A stretch of 64,000 nt of DNA, from contig OZ024743.1 of the NCBI GenBank assembly GCA_964016885.1, forward strand, positions 7,440,001 through 7,504,000, written 5' to 3'. The translations under genes and the position numbers were made by a program. The DNA is from Eledone cirrhosa. Taxonomy: Eukaryota. Below, in pieces: positions 1 through 12,647 of the stretch (the first letter of the stretch is position 1; each line of letters opens with the position of its first letter). The notes beneath the pieces are model-generated. The model saw only the letters and a program-made list of their open reading frames with translations. It did no database searches and was not told the origin of the DNA.

Positions 1-110
1 GAAAGGCAAAGTTAACCTCGGCGGGATTCGAACTCAGAATGGCAAGGGCCGTAACTCTATGCGTCAAAGCATAGCGTCCGACCTTCTACCGATACTACCA
101 ATCCAACCGT
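1..110 (-). mobile_element. tRNA-derived SINE family 1, truncated by the window edge
   Basis: Minus strand shows an A-box-like TGGTAGTATCGG, a B-box GAGTTCGAATCC and the core ACTTTGCCTTTC; same sequence recurs many times in the window. Confidence 0.8.
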
Positions 111-214
111 TATTAATAATAATGTTAGTAATAACAAAAAAGTTAATTCTTTCGCCAGTTCTGTAATTTGCGTCAATTATATTTTCCTATCTACCCAACA
201 TTTCTCTGTACAGC

Positions 215-580
215 CACTAGCCACTGCAACAGAGGAGCATCGAAAAAAAGGTACAAGGAAGTATGAAGAAATGCTTTCAAGTGTGTCACATTGACTATCT
301 CCAGTATTCTGATGTAGTCTCTGATTGTGTGATCTGGAGACGCGCCATCTACTAGTCTATTTCGTCTTTGAAATTACTCACACGGCTGATGTTGAGGACA
401 AGAGGAGTTGGAGCAAAATACGTAGTACAACAACACCAAACCTAGAACAGAATTTCCCTTGTAGCTGCTGCGGTCGGATCTGTCTGTTCTATATTGATAG
501 CATCAGCCACCAGTGAGCCTGCAATAAACATGGACAGGTCCCTTCATAAATCTTCGTTAGCGAAACCAAGAGTTTCATCG
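215..580 (+). mobile_element. RTE-clade LINE 3' remnant
   Basis: ORF end FPCSCCGRICLFYIDSISHQ resembles the RTE C-terminal CxxCxRxCxSRIGLxSH motif. Confidence 0.55.
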
Positions 581-1554
581 AAGTATTAGCGAATAGTCTA
601 GCTTTAGATCATATTTTATTCTAGATTAATTATGTAATTCTAAAGAACCAATAACACTGGTTTACAATGAAATTACTTCGGAGACCAGGTCTTTGCTAAT
701 TTTGTGGAGCTGAATTTGAAAATGATACTCGTTCTTAGAGTTTAGGCCTTGTTTTCGAGATTTGGGTCAACGGCGTCTTTTCCGTCTTTTAGGAAAATAA
801 GAGAAAGGGGTCAGGGAATTGGGATTGTAAGCCGCTGTCAGTAGTGTAGGATCAAAACTTGAAAAATATGGTCAAATACTTTCTTCCTAATAACGATGAC
901 GGTTAATGTTTGCTTTTCACTGAACAACTGATGATCAAAGGCAACTAAATTAACGTGAGCAGTAACCAAAACTCATTTTGGTCAAGTAATGTCACTATGT
1001 TTGGTAGAAATCAGTTTCATGATGAAATCCTTGTCCATTTTGCCAACTGGTTTAAAGTAGTATGATGTAATGTTTTCATATTGCATAATCCTAAACATTT
1101 ACTTCTCATGAATCAAAGCTTAAGGTGTTTCCGAACAATTCACGATTTATCAAATAGAAATAATGATTTCTACTTTTACTATTACGAAAGAAAAGGATGT
1201 CTATACTTTTTGCAATGCCAACTAATCATTTAAATAATTCTTACTTCTGTATGGTGTAACCAACTCCGAAAAGACTTAAGGAGAAGAGGAAAGGAAATGT
1301 TGATTAACCTGATATTTCCTGTGCTCGAAGCCCAGTACCGCACAGCAAAGAACTACCTACATCTGTGACTCTAAAAGATTAGAACTAAACCCTCAATTAT
1401 TTTGTCATTTTCGAGTTCAACGCCTCGAAATGCATAAAGAAGGTGATATTTCAGCTCCGAAACAGAAAGCTTTTGAAATTTTGTAGATCTATGTAATAAT
1501 AGTAGTGCATTTATTTACAATTCAGTCCTTAGCCAATTGTCTCCGTAACTCTAT

Positions 1555-1787
1555 GCTGCAAAGCATGGTGTCCGGCCCTCTACCGATACTGCCAATCCCC
1601 CGCCCAACAATAATAATAATGATTTTTACTTTACACAAGGCCAGCAATTTTGGGGGGTGGGGAAAGTCGAATAAATCAACCGCAGTGTATTAATGGTGTT
1701 TTATTTTATCGACCCCGTAAGGATGAAAGGCAAAGCTAATACCGCCGGCGGGATTCGTACTCAGAATGTAAAGGGCCATAACTCTAT
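1555..1787 (-). mobile_element. SINE family 1, two adjacent partial copies
   Basis: Matches the 26226-26410 copy (tttatcgaccccgtaaggatgaaaggcaaag core). Confidence 0.8.
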
Positions 1788-2283
1788 GATATGGCCGTAA
1801 TAAACATCTCTTTCGTCATAAGAGGTTAAAAGGCAGTATATGGTAAATAAAAAAGTTGGACAATTCTGCTTTCTATAAAGAATTTGGAATAGAAGAAAGC
1901 AAAAATGTGTTCGTGAAAGTCATGCAAATATTTAAAAAAAGGCTTAAATAATCTAAATAGAATAAAATAGCCATTGATATAGATGCAGTGCCAGTCATAA
2001 CATATGGTTATCAGGCGTAGATTCTATAGACCGTATCGGAAGAAATCTAAAAAGAAAAATTCATAACATATTACATAATAATGACGATATTCAAATACTT
2101 CCCCACCCCAGAAGATTTTCCTGAGTGTCAGGGAACAGTTTTAAAGGGTTATTCATTTTACCACTATTATTTCAACCCAGAAGTCCTGATATCTAATTTT
2201 ATTGATTATAATCGTACGAAAGGTAGCAAATTATCACCGCAACAGCAAAATTATCCCAAGAAAAATCATTTGATTTCGGATTA

Positions 2284-3475
2284 ATAAGTTCTAGACAGAC
2301 ATACTATTGCACATAAGATCACATTGGTAAGCAACTATAGTGGCATAACCTAATGAGGGTCGCTCAATTTGCTAAAAAATAGCAGTGAAATCTTTCTTAA
2401 AGATTACTCTTTTATCTTAAAGGAAGGAAAGCTACATTCAGACACATTGTATGAATAAAAAAATGGATTGCCACGGCTGGAATGCCTGTGATCATAGGTT
2501 TGGCCAGAATTGATTTGGGGCTAAACAATAGCAACCATAAAAGGCATGCCTTTACAAGGTTATAACTTTCACGAACTGAATACACCAGAGATAAAATACA
2601 GCAACAACAAAAACCTGGTGTGGATGAACAAATCCAGTATGAATGGAGCAACGGAAGCAACAGCATTCGACATATAAGAACTAAGTCTTTCCCCATAGGT
2701 ATATTGAAAGGAATACCTACAACTCATGTAATATAGAAGACAAACGTCGCCTGTGTGGTGTATTTTATACGCCAATACGTCATATTGTATCCTATATTGC
2801 ATTGTATCACGAAATATATTTGCTGACATAATACCGTAGTGAATCTCTCTAAAGCCCCCCCCCCCCACAAACTTATACAACACGCATAATGTACATATAA
2901 AAAAAGAAGTTTAGCCTAGGTGAACAAATCCAATTTCAATGAGACAACAGAAGCAAGAACAGTCGCCATACAGTAACTGGCCATTACGACTAGACATATT
3001 GAAAAGAATATCTGCAAAAACTGCTATATAGATGACATATGTCGCCGGTATGGTGTATCTTCTGAAACAATATACCCCATTGTATCAATATGCCCTCAGC
3101 TACTTCGCACGAAGTATACTTGAATATTCAATAACGTAGCGAAGTGGCTATCGATATGTTTGGTCACCCAGTTTCAACTATTTCGAGTAAAAATATTTAT
3201 GAATATTCATATATCCTAGAAAATGACATACGGAAATAATATGGAACTTTACTATACTAACAGACCACATAACAAGCCTGATGTAATTTTCTATAATGAA
3301 ATAATAATATACTTAATGACAGATATGGCAATATTTAATGAATATAATATTGCGGAGAAGAAAGTTGAAAAGCTAAGGAAATACGACAACCTAGCGACTG
3401 AATTAAACATTTTATGGCAATTGGGGAAAATACTCATCTTAGCAGTAGGGACTTCTAGTGCCCTTGGCCCTAAGA
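2284..3475 (+). mobile_element. Degraded restriction-like-endonuclease non-LTR retrotransposon remnant (R4/Dong/NeSL-like)
   Basis: HNKPDVI...DMAI...EKKVEKLRKYDNLATEL resembles the PD..D endonuclease and EKxxKY motif; heavily disrupted, start approximate. Confidence 0.55.
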
Positions 3476-3809
3476 CCACCTCCCTACTCACCACTATCGG
3501 CATGGAGTTGGCTACCCACAGGTGTGAGCACCTGCGAGCTGGAATGGCTCTCTTCTAACGCGTCTCCCTCACCATCTTCTGGGGAAATGCCTTCCCTATT
3601 CTATCTGCCGGGGCCGCGGTGCAGCTAGCGCGTGGGCCCCCATTTGTTTATAATAGTTAGAGATGAAGAGAGCGAGAGAGACAGAGGCAGTGACAATGGG
3701 AATTTGAATCTATTATGTCCAGTCCTTGTTAGGAAAGTTTTTGTTTCAGTGTATATATATATATATAGGAATTTTTTTGTTTCAGTGAACATATAATATA
3801 TGTACATAT

Positions 3810-3847
<38 letters not shown>

Positions 3848-4104
3848 ACACACCCACACATATATATATGCATATTATCCATCACCCCATTTGTAATTGG
3901 TACAATTGGAATGATGTACATCCACCTTTGTAAAGACATTGGCATAGTATCTACAAAGATAGACATAGGTACGTTCCAGAAAATAGCAATATTGTTCGAG
4001 CATTCCTACACAGCATTTGTTTAAGCATTTTTATATAGAGAACTGTCAGTGATGAGGTCACAAACAGTGCAGTGAACATTTTGTCACCAAGATATAATGG
4101 TTTT

Positions 4105-4395
4105 TCATTTAGGCACAAGGCCAACAATTTGAAGGGGAGGGGAAAGTCGATTAAATCGACCTCATTTCGTAACTGGAACTTTATTTTATCGGTCCCGTAA
4201 TGTCGGAAGGCAAAGCTAATCTCGGCGGGATTTGAACTCAGAACGTAAAGGGCCATAACTCTAATCCATAACTTTGCTGTTCTCCGAAACCCAACCATAA
4301 CAGTATCTTCTGATGTACATGAGGTGCATCTGGAAGCAATGTCTAACCTAAGCAGGGTGTCCGACGCTCTACCGATACTGCCAATCCACCGCCCT
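4105..4395 (-). mobile_element. SINE family 1 copy with an internal insertion
   Basis: Family core at 4105-4265, head resumes near 4350-4395. Confidence 0.75.
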
Positions 4396-5371
4396 GCCAC
4401 CAAGATTTAATGATAGCGTAAAATGTTTGTGGTTAGTTATTTTTGAGTGGTTAAAATGACTCTTCCACAATGTAATTGTTTTAGTTTTAACAGTCTCAGA
4501 ATCCAGCCAATCGTATGAGGAACTTTAGAGGCAGTAGTTACAAGTTTGAATGGTGGATTGAAATTGTTGGATATAGACGTGAATCTTCCGACTCTACAGA
4601 AAGTTTGTTTGCTTGGCACAGCAAGAACCATATGAAATGCCAACAGAGGAACAAGGAAACACCGAGTAAAAAAAAACAAAACAACAACAATCCTGCAACA
4701 TCCAGTTAGATATTTAAAAATTTGAAAAAAATGCAGACAAACGTCGCCATCTTAAATAAGATAAAAGTTGGAAAGTTCTAAATAGAAAAAAAAAAACTAA
4801 AGAGAAATGAAATATGGAAATTTACAGTCGATTGAATTTCATCAATATGCACCTAATATTTAATTTATTTATCACAGAAGGAAACAAATAAACATTAACC
4901 ACAGAATGAATTGAAATGAAATAAGCACATTGAATTAAACATGATAAAGTGGTTTGTCCGAATTACTAGCGTCTGCAACATTAGATTCTAGATGTACAGC
5001 AGGAGATACACGAAGAAAACAATCATTTTATCTTGAACCGGAGACGATTTAAAAAGTAACAGAAAAAAAATAAGAGTCAGCTGTTTATTGAAAGTAGAAG
5101 AAAAAGAAAGATTTTCTGAGATGGTGTATGGGAACTTGAGAAAGAATATAAAACTAAATATGCCTTTAAGCAATCGTTTAATATTCACAAAATAGTAAAG
5201 TTCTTTCTGAAAGATCCAAGAAAAATACCGAAAACATTTCCATGGATGTTCAATAATTTGTTATAAAAATACCCAAATGATGATCCTAATCTTGGAAAGA
5301 GAAAACTGTCACACAGACATATCTTCACACCATTCTTGGCTCAACGAATACTCGTAAACCTCCATTTAGAA

Positions 5372-5710
5372 CAGCAGTTCTCAAAGTGGGCGTTGAGAAG
5401 GTCCAGGGGGCGCTGGGGCCTAAGGGGTTGGTGGGGACGGTAGAGACGATATAATAGTATATTAAATATCAAATGATACATATTATATATAAATATAGTA
5501 AAATAAAAAAATATATAATATTTATTTTTGCATAGTCTATATTATATTATTTATTATATATAAATTAACGGTTTTATTTATTATATATTATTTACAATTT
5601 GCGTGTAGGCAGGTCTCTATGGAAATAGGGTTAGGGGGCGCTGAGGGTATTACGTGGCCGTGAGGGGGGTCGTGAGGGGGACCGTGGCCCAAAACGTTTC
5701 AGAACCTCTG
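5372..5710. mobile_element. hAT (Charlie-like) MITE
   Basis: Termini CAGCAGTTCTCAAA...TTTCAGAACCTCTG; perfect 8-bp TSD ATTTAGAA (5364-5371 and 5711-5718); inverted second copy at 48003-48299. Confidence 0.85.
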
Positions 5711-6433
5711 ATTTAGAAGAACAGAAAGAACGTCCGAAAGGTTAGAAAGATGTTACTGAAGATAACACGAAAAAAAAAAAAAAAAAAAAAAAAGCGTGGG
5801 TATGGTATAAATTATCAGGAGACAACTTTTGGTGGTTTTCCTAATTCATTGAGTCACAAAAATCAAGAAATTGATAACATTGTAAAAATGATACCAAGTG
5901 ACATCAAGCAAGTTGTTAGGAATTAAGAGACCCTGTAAAACATTTACCAAGGAAAGAATTCCTCTTAGGTTCTGCCTAGAGTTGCACTCCTCTTGGATAA
6001 ATAACACACGAAGTCTTTACCTATTTGCTCGTCTGCTAGAAATAACAACCAAATTTCCTTCACATCGCACATCACCCGATAAAAAACCCCAAATGCAACG
6101 AGTCTTTGGCTAATGTAGCCCTAGATACATTATAACTGAAAAATGGCGGATGTTCATGACAACAATCCCTCTGATATAAGGCCACTCGATACCTGGCTAA
6201 ACAACAACGATATACGTAGTAGTAAGCCATTAGTGTTAATTAAATTGATTATACACCTTTGTAGCATGTGTTAAGTTTAAAATTAAATATTTTGGAAGTT
6301 TACTTTTCTGCCTCCTCTCCATTATAGACGTTATGTACACTTTAACTTATATCAACTCTAATCTATTGAATTGTTTGTTTGTTCCCCCAACCATCCTTCC
6401 GTACACTAAGAATGTATTTACTGGTATTTCTTA

Positions 6434-6549
<116 letters not shown>

Positions 6550-7310
6550 TTAACTTAGATGTACCAAACTTCACATTTACTTGATTTTCTGCATAGAAAG
6601 CCCACCCACATGAAACGTTGGCATCCCTTGTTACACTTGTATTACAGGTCCGTGACCTGCAAATGTCACGGGCTTGCAAAGGTCATATGGCTGTTCTCCT
6701 TTTTTTCTTCCCTCCTTCTGCTTTACAAATTAAATAACAATAAGAAAAGTAAAAATGTTAAGTTGCATTCTTGTTGACGTATGTAACTCTGTCAATTTCA
6801 GCTTCAGATCTAACTTGCTGGTTAATAATAATTTTTATTAAGGGTTGTTAGTTAAGTTATATAGATTTACGGTATCTGACGAGATCTGATAACTATCAGA
6901 TCTCGTCAGATCTCGTAATTATAACTAGTTACTGACATTGATTAAGGAGCGCTAATACTCTAGTATGATTTATAATTTTTGTCAGTCAGAAGAAATAGAG
7001 AATTACCCACAGCCATAGCAGACTCTCTAATTCTGGCAAGGTAGATGCAGATTTATTAAATAGCTTATTTATTTGTATAGAACCAACAGGTAGGAGACCC
7101 AGGGGTAGACCTCGAGCAAGATGGTTAGAGCACTATATATATATATATATTAGGATTGGTGCTCTGAAATAGCGATGTATACATGAATGTATGTATAGTA
7201 TATTTGTTGATATACTGTATATTTAACTAAAAATATTTTGAAGACCTTGCGCTATTATTTTAAAGTAGTGACTATGTCACTTACTTCTTTTTTCAGCAAA
7301 GGAAGGGAGA

Positions 7311-7356
7311 TAAGCTGACAGATCTGTTTCACATTGTTGGTGTTCATCAGAGCCTA
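7311..7356 (-). ncRNA. Minimal type I hammerhead ribozyme
   Basis: Minus strand: taggct-CTGATGA-aca ccaacaa tgt-GAAAC-agatct-GTC-agctta; complete core, stems I-III, GUC cleavage triplet. Confidence 0.8.
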
Positions 7357-7575
7357 GTACTCGCCGACCTCTGCCGAAAATTATAGAGGCTGGATTCTTA
7401 TAGAATTACAGTAATAATCAGGAACTGATTATACAGAGCGATTGCCGGTCCAGCAAAAATTAAAAATTAGGATTTTGCTGGACCGGCAATCGCTCTGTAT
7501 AATCAGTTCCTGATTATTACTGGAATTCTATAAGAATCCAGCCTCTATAATTTTCGGCAGAGGTCGGCGAGTACT

Positions 7576-7619
7576 AGGCTCTGATGAACACCAACAATGT
7601 GAAACAGATCTGTCAGCTT
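7576..7619 (+). ncRNA. Minimal type I hammerhead ribozyme
   Basis: aggct-CTGATGA-acaccaacaatgt-GAAAC-agatct-GTC-agctt; palindromic stem III ACAGATCTGT; predicted cleavage after 7614. Confidence 0.8.
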
Positions 7620-7666
7620 CTCTCCCTTCCTTTGCTGAAAAAAGAAGTAAGTGACATAGTCACTAC

Positions 7667-9773
7667 TTTAAAATAATAGCGCAAGGCCTTCAAAATGTTT
7701 AAAATAATAGCGCAAGGCCTTCAAAATGTTTAAAATAATAGCGCAAGGCCTTCAACATGTTTAAAATAATAGCGCAAGGCCTTCAACATGTTTAAAATAA
7801 TAGCGCAAGGTCTTCAAAATGTTTAAAATAATAGCGCAAGGCCTTCAACATGTTTAAAATAATAGCGCAAGGCCTTCAACATGTTTAAAATAATAGCGCA
7901 AGGCCTTCAACATGTTTAAAATAATAGCGCAAGGCCTTCAACATGTTTAAAATAATAGCGCAAGGCCTTCAAAATGTTTAAAATAATAGCGCAAGGCCTT
8001 CAACATGTTTAAAATAATAGCGCAAGGCCTTCAAAATGTTTAAAATAATAGCGCAAGGCCTTCAACATGTTTAAAATAATAGCGCAAGGCCTTCAAAATG
8101 TTTAAAATAATAGCGCAAGGCCTTCAACATGTTTAAAATAATAGCGCAAGGCCTTCAAAATGTTTAAAATAATAGCGCAAGGCCTTCAACATGTTTAAAA
8201 TAATAGCGCAAGGCCTTCAACATGTTTAAAATAATAGCGCAAGGCCTTCAACATGTTTAAAATAATAGCGCAAGGCCTTCAAAATGTTTAAAATAATAGC
8301 GCAAGGCCTTCAAAATGTTTAAAATAATAGCGCAAGGCCTTCAACATGTTTAAAATAATAGCGCAAGGCCTTCAAAATGTTTAAAATAATAGCGCAAGGC
8401 CTTCAACATGTTTAAAATAATAGCGCAAGGCCTTCAACATGTTTAAAATAATAGCGCAAGGCCTTCAACATGTTTAAAATAATAGCGCAAGGCCTTCAAA
8501 ATGTTTAAAATAATAGCGCAAGGCCTTCAACATGTTTAAAATAATAGCGCAAGGCCTTCAAAATGTTTAAAATAATAGCGCAAGGCCTTCAACATGTTTA
8601 AAATAATAGCGCAAGGCCTTCAAAATGTTTAAAATAATAGCGCAAGGCCTTCAACATGTTTAAAATAATAGCGCAAGGCCTTCAAAATGTTTAAAATAAT
8701 AGCGCAAGGCCTTCAACATGTTTAAAATAATAGCGCAAGGCCTTCAAAATGTTTAAAATAATAGCGCAAGGCCTTCAACATGTTTAAAATAATAGCGCAA
8801 GGCCTTCAACATGTTTAAAATAATAGCGCAAGGCCTTCAACATGTTTAAAATAATAGCGCAAGGCCTTCAAAATGTTTAAAATAATAGCGCAAGGCCTTC
8901 AACATGTTTAAAATAATAGCGCAAGGCCTTCAAAATGTTTAAAATAATAGCGCAAGGCCTTCAACATGTTTAAAATAATAGCGCAAGGCCTTCAAAATGT
9001 TTAAAATAATAGCGCAAGGCCTTCAACATGTTTAAAATAATAGCGCAAGGCCTTCAAAATGTTTAAAATAATAGCGCAAGGCCTTCAACATGTTTAAAAT
9101 AATAGCGCAAGGCCTTCAACATGTTTAAAATAATAGCGCAAGGCCTTCAACATGTTTAAAATAATAGCGCAAGGCCTTCAAAATGTTTAAAATAATAGCG
9201 CAAGGCCTTCAAAATGTTTAAAATAATAGCGCAAGGCCTTCAACATGTTTAAAATAATAGCGCAAGGCCTTCAAAATGTTTAAAATAATAGCGCAAGGCC
9301 TTCAACATGTTTAAAATAATAGCGCAAGGCCTTCAAAATGTTTAAAATAATAGCGCAAGGCCTTCAACATGTTTAAAATAATAGCGCAAGGCCTTCAAAA
9401 TGTTTAAAATAATAGCGCAAGGCCTTCAACATGTTTAAAATAATAGCGCAAGGCCTTCAAAATGTTTAAAATAATAGCGCAAGGCCTTCAACATGTTTAA
9501 AATAATAGCGCAAGGCCTTCAACATGTTTAAAATAATAGCGCAAGGCCTTCAACATGTTTAAAATAATAGCGCAAGGCCTTCAACATGTTTAAAATAATA
9601 GCGCAAGGCCTTCAACATGTTTAAAATAATAGCGCAAGGCCTTCAACATGTTTAAAATAATAGCGCAAGGCCTTCAACATGTTTAAAATAATAGCGCAAG
9701 GCCTTCAACATGTTTAAAATAATAGCGCAAGGCCTTCAACATGTTTAAAATAATAGCGCAAGGCCTTCAAAAT
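7667..9773. repeat. 31-bp tandem satellite, about 68 copies
   Basis: Unit TTTAAAATAATAGCGCAAGGCCTTCAA(A/C)ATG repeated with no spacers. Confidence 0.97.
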
Positions 9774-9774
9774 G

Positions 9775-10058
9775 GCTTCTGCACTGGCCCTCCCACTATA
9801 AACCTTTCCCGCAAAGGTGTCTTCTTTAGCGTGCACTCACTCTTTTGAAGAGAAGAGACGGGCAGAGGTCACTGAGGCCCGTGAAAGGAGGAGAAAGGCA
9901 TCAACAGCTGCACCAAGCGACTCTGGTCTCTTCTCCTGCCCCCACTGTCCCCGGACCTGCAAGTCACGGATCGGCCTCCACAGCCACCTTCGTGCCCATG
10001 GCAGCCGGGAACTAAAATAAAGAAGATGTCATCATCGTTTACGATGGACAACCAAGAT
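9775..10058 (+). mobile_element. RTE-clade LINE 3' end fragment
   Basis: ORF 9817-10020 ends FSCPHCPRTCKSRIGLHSHLRAH (RTE C-terminal zinc motif), followed by a short 3' UTR and microsatellite. Confidence 0.75.
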
Positions 10059-10068
10059 ATGTATGTAG

Positions 10069-10147
<79 letters not shown>

Positions 10148-10632
10148 TGTACATTGAAGAAATATATTAGCTTAACGCTTGAAATAGCAGGAAAAGAGTT
10201 TTCACATTTCGGACACTAGTCCTTTATCAGAAGATAGAGTTAGAAATAGAAAATAAAATAGAAAGATAAACAGTGAGAAGAGGCGGGATTATGTTTATGT
10301 ATAATAAATATAATAAACATACACAAGTCTCGCTATGGGCGTTTGTAATCATGTCACAGCTACCGCAGAGCCTATGATCCCAGATTATTTTAAATCCTAC
10401 ATTTCAAGTTCATGTATAAGAGATGAGATTTGTTCAATCAGTGATTTTGTAGCTACTTAACTAGCAGCAGATAGGCTACATCAAATAGTGTCTAACAAAG
10501 ACCAATGTACCACTGGAATATTTATAGTTTTATGAATTAGAGGAACCTCAAAATGTGAATAGTAATTAACTAATACCTAAATGGCTAAAATTTTTAAGTA
10601 TACACCCACCCACCCATACATATATATATATA

Positions 10633-10925
10633 TGGTGGCTGCCAACTTGTTTTCGAGTACGGCCTCTACTTTATATCAATGTAGGAGAACCTCTACTGAT
10701 GCGCTGAATGAGTGTGACTTTTTAGTCCAGCCAGCGACATGAAAACCTGTGACAATTATTGACACACAGTGCTGGGCCCATCGTACCATGTGACGACAAG
10801 TGCAGAGAGATCTCCAGATATAAAGCAATGCCTGTGCCGTGAAGCTTTTATAGTGAGCAAAGGCACTGCACAAAGCCAGTCCCACTCTCTTAACTAAGAT
10901 CATATTTACCAAAAAGAACAAGTCA
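10633..10925 (-). mobile_element. Non-autonomous RTE-related retroelement
   Basis: Reverse complement of about 38830-39141 with an internal deletion. Confidence 0.8.
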
Positions 10926-12233
10926 TATATATACATACGTACATATATACATACATATATACATACATTATATACATACACACATGCTGCATGTATACAT
11001 ACATGCACACACTTATACGTACATACATATATACATACGTACGTACATGCATACACGCGCACAAACTCATGTATATGCAAACACACTCAAGATATATATA
11101 TATATTTTATGTCATGTCACGCATGTAATATATCGAAATACACACACACACACACATACACATACTTACACACACACGCACATACACACGCATGCACACA
11201 CACGCACATACACACACACACCTGCATACACATATTTATGTCAAATAGGTATGGGAATGTCGATGTATTTCATTCTTAGTCAAAGAAGGCGCCATAGAAG
11301 TGTGCAGCATATATACAGTGAGTGTGATCAAAGGTTAGTGGTAAGGTTATTCACTTCCAGTATGTTTAGCCACATAGCACACACGTACGTTGGAAAATGT
11401 GGGTAGCTTTGTGCCACCCATAAGTTTGTAATGAATGAATTTCTCTGAATAGATCATGTAACCAAATCCTGTCAGGGGTCATGAGAGGTAGAGTAAGAAA
11501 TATTAGACGTCAATAGTAAAAGGAAACAAACACAAAATATCTGTAATAGTCCTGCAAAAAACAAAACAAAACGAAAGCAACAACAGCAACAACAAACAAA
11601 CAAAAGAAAAGCAAGCTGTTTTAAAGGCAAGAAGAAGGAGTTGGTCGGTCGTCTGGTAGCTGAATTCAGGGAATAATTTGAAGGAATGAAGAAATATAAA
11701 AAGAGAAAAGAAAAGGTGTGTGCTAAAACTGTTTCCGTAATAGCTCCCACTCCGCACAATGTTTTAAACGTTTGTTTGACTTGATTTCATTTTTTATTTA
11801 CTCTATAGACATGGCACTTAATGACTAAGAATAAGCCATCACCTTAAATCACGTCACACTTTTAAGGAACAACAACAACAACAACAACAAAACAGAAAGA
11901 AAAGAAAAAAGCTCATCATTTTTTTTCTATACATTAACATTGACCTCAACCTACATCTAAAAACAAAGAGGCAGTCAGTTCCTTCATACCTGTCACGTGA
12001 CAAACTATATATATAATAGTATTTATCAGTCGCATTTCCGGTATATTTGGTGCTGATAAATATCTCAGTGACAGGGTAAGTTGTCATATCAATTCTGAAC
12101 GATTGATTACTTGAAATTGATGACATTTTCGTGCACAATTTTGGTGAAGTAATAATCTGATTATCTTTTAATCACCAAGTAAAAGTTTAAGGATATTTAT
12201 ACAAGCATACGGTTTTCAGTTATTGAAAAAGAC

Positions 12234-12234
<1 letters not shown>

Positions 12235-12318
<84 letters not shown>
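12235..12318. repeat. (CTAT)n microsatellite at the start of the Tx1 nest
   Basis: Pure CTAT run. Confidence 0.97.
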
Positions 12319-12319
<1 letters not shown>

Positions 12320-12450
12320 CCTCTATTGGGGAAAATCGACTAACTTTTAAATTCCATCTGTGATAACATTTTACACGTTTTTATTGTATGTAAACTTCCC
12401 CCTTTGTATTTGTCCCCTTCTTTTGTGCCCCTGTGGCTAATAAAGAAATA
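12319..12450 (+). mobile_element. Tx1-like LINE 3' UTR-only insertion (subfamily C)
   Basis: Ends gtaaacttccccctttgtatttgtccc...gtggctAATAAAgaaatat then (CTAT)n; homologous to the 3' ends of the long copies. Confidence 0.75.
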
Positions 12451-12482
<32 letters not shown>

Positions 12483-12484
<2 letters not shown>

Positions 12485-12609
12485 ATTTTATTTTATTTTA
12501 TTTTTATATATTGTTATTGCCTCCTCCTTATTGACGACGCCTTGTTTTGTAAACTCCTCCCATTGTACTTGTCCCACTTTTGATGCCCTGGTGGCAAATA
12601 AAAGAAACA

Positions 12610-12610
<1 letters not shown>
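12483..12610 (+). mobile_element. Tx1-like LINE 3' UTR-only insertion (subfamily A)
   Basis: Closely matches the 3' UTR at about 14097-14216; (CTAT)n on both sides. Confidence 0.85.

Positions 12611-12646
<36 letters not shown>

Positions 12647-12647
<1 letters not shown>

Larger units (their letters stand above)
7235..7696. repeat. Long inverted repeat, about 224-bp arms and 14-nt loop; Penelope pLTR/retrozyme-like foldback
   Basis: 7235-7458 is the near-perfect reverse complement of 7473-7696; each arm holds a hammerhead motif; (TA)n lies just upstream. Confidence 0.9.

Noticed and set aside
6648-6682. VTCKCHGLA in ORF 6559-6777 as the missing Wnt terminal exon
   Set aside because: Wrong strand relative to the Wnt5 exon, no SGSC or downstream Wnt cysteines; short match treated as chance
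7667-9773. 31-bp repeat array as a CRISPR array
   Set aside because: Units are contiguous with no unique spacers, no cas genes, eukaryotic context
12531-12646. N-terminus of the 473-aa ORF as a real protein start
   Set aside because: It reads through a 3' UTR fragment and (CTAT)n; fortuitous fusion to the truncated ORF2
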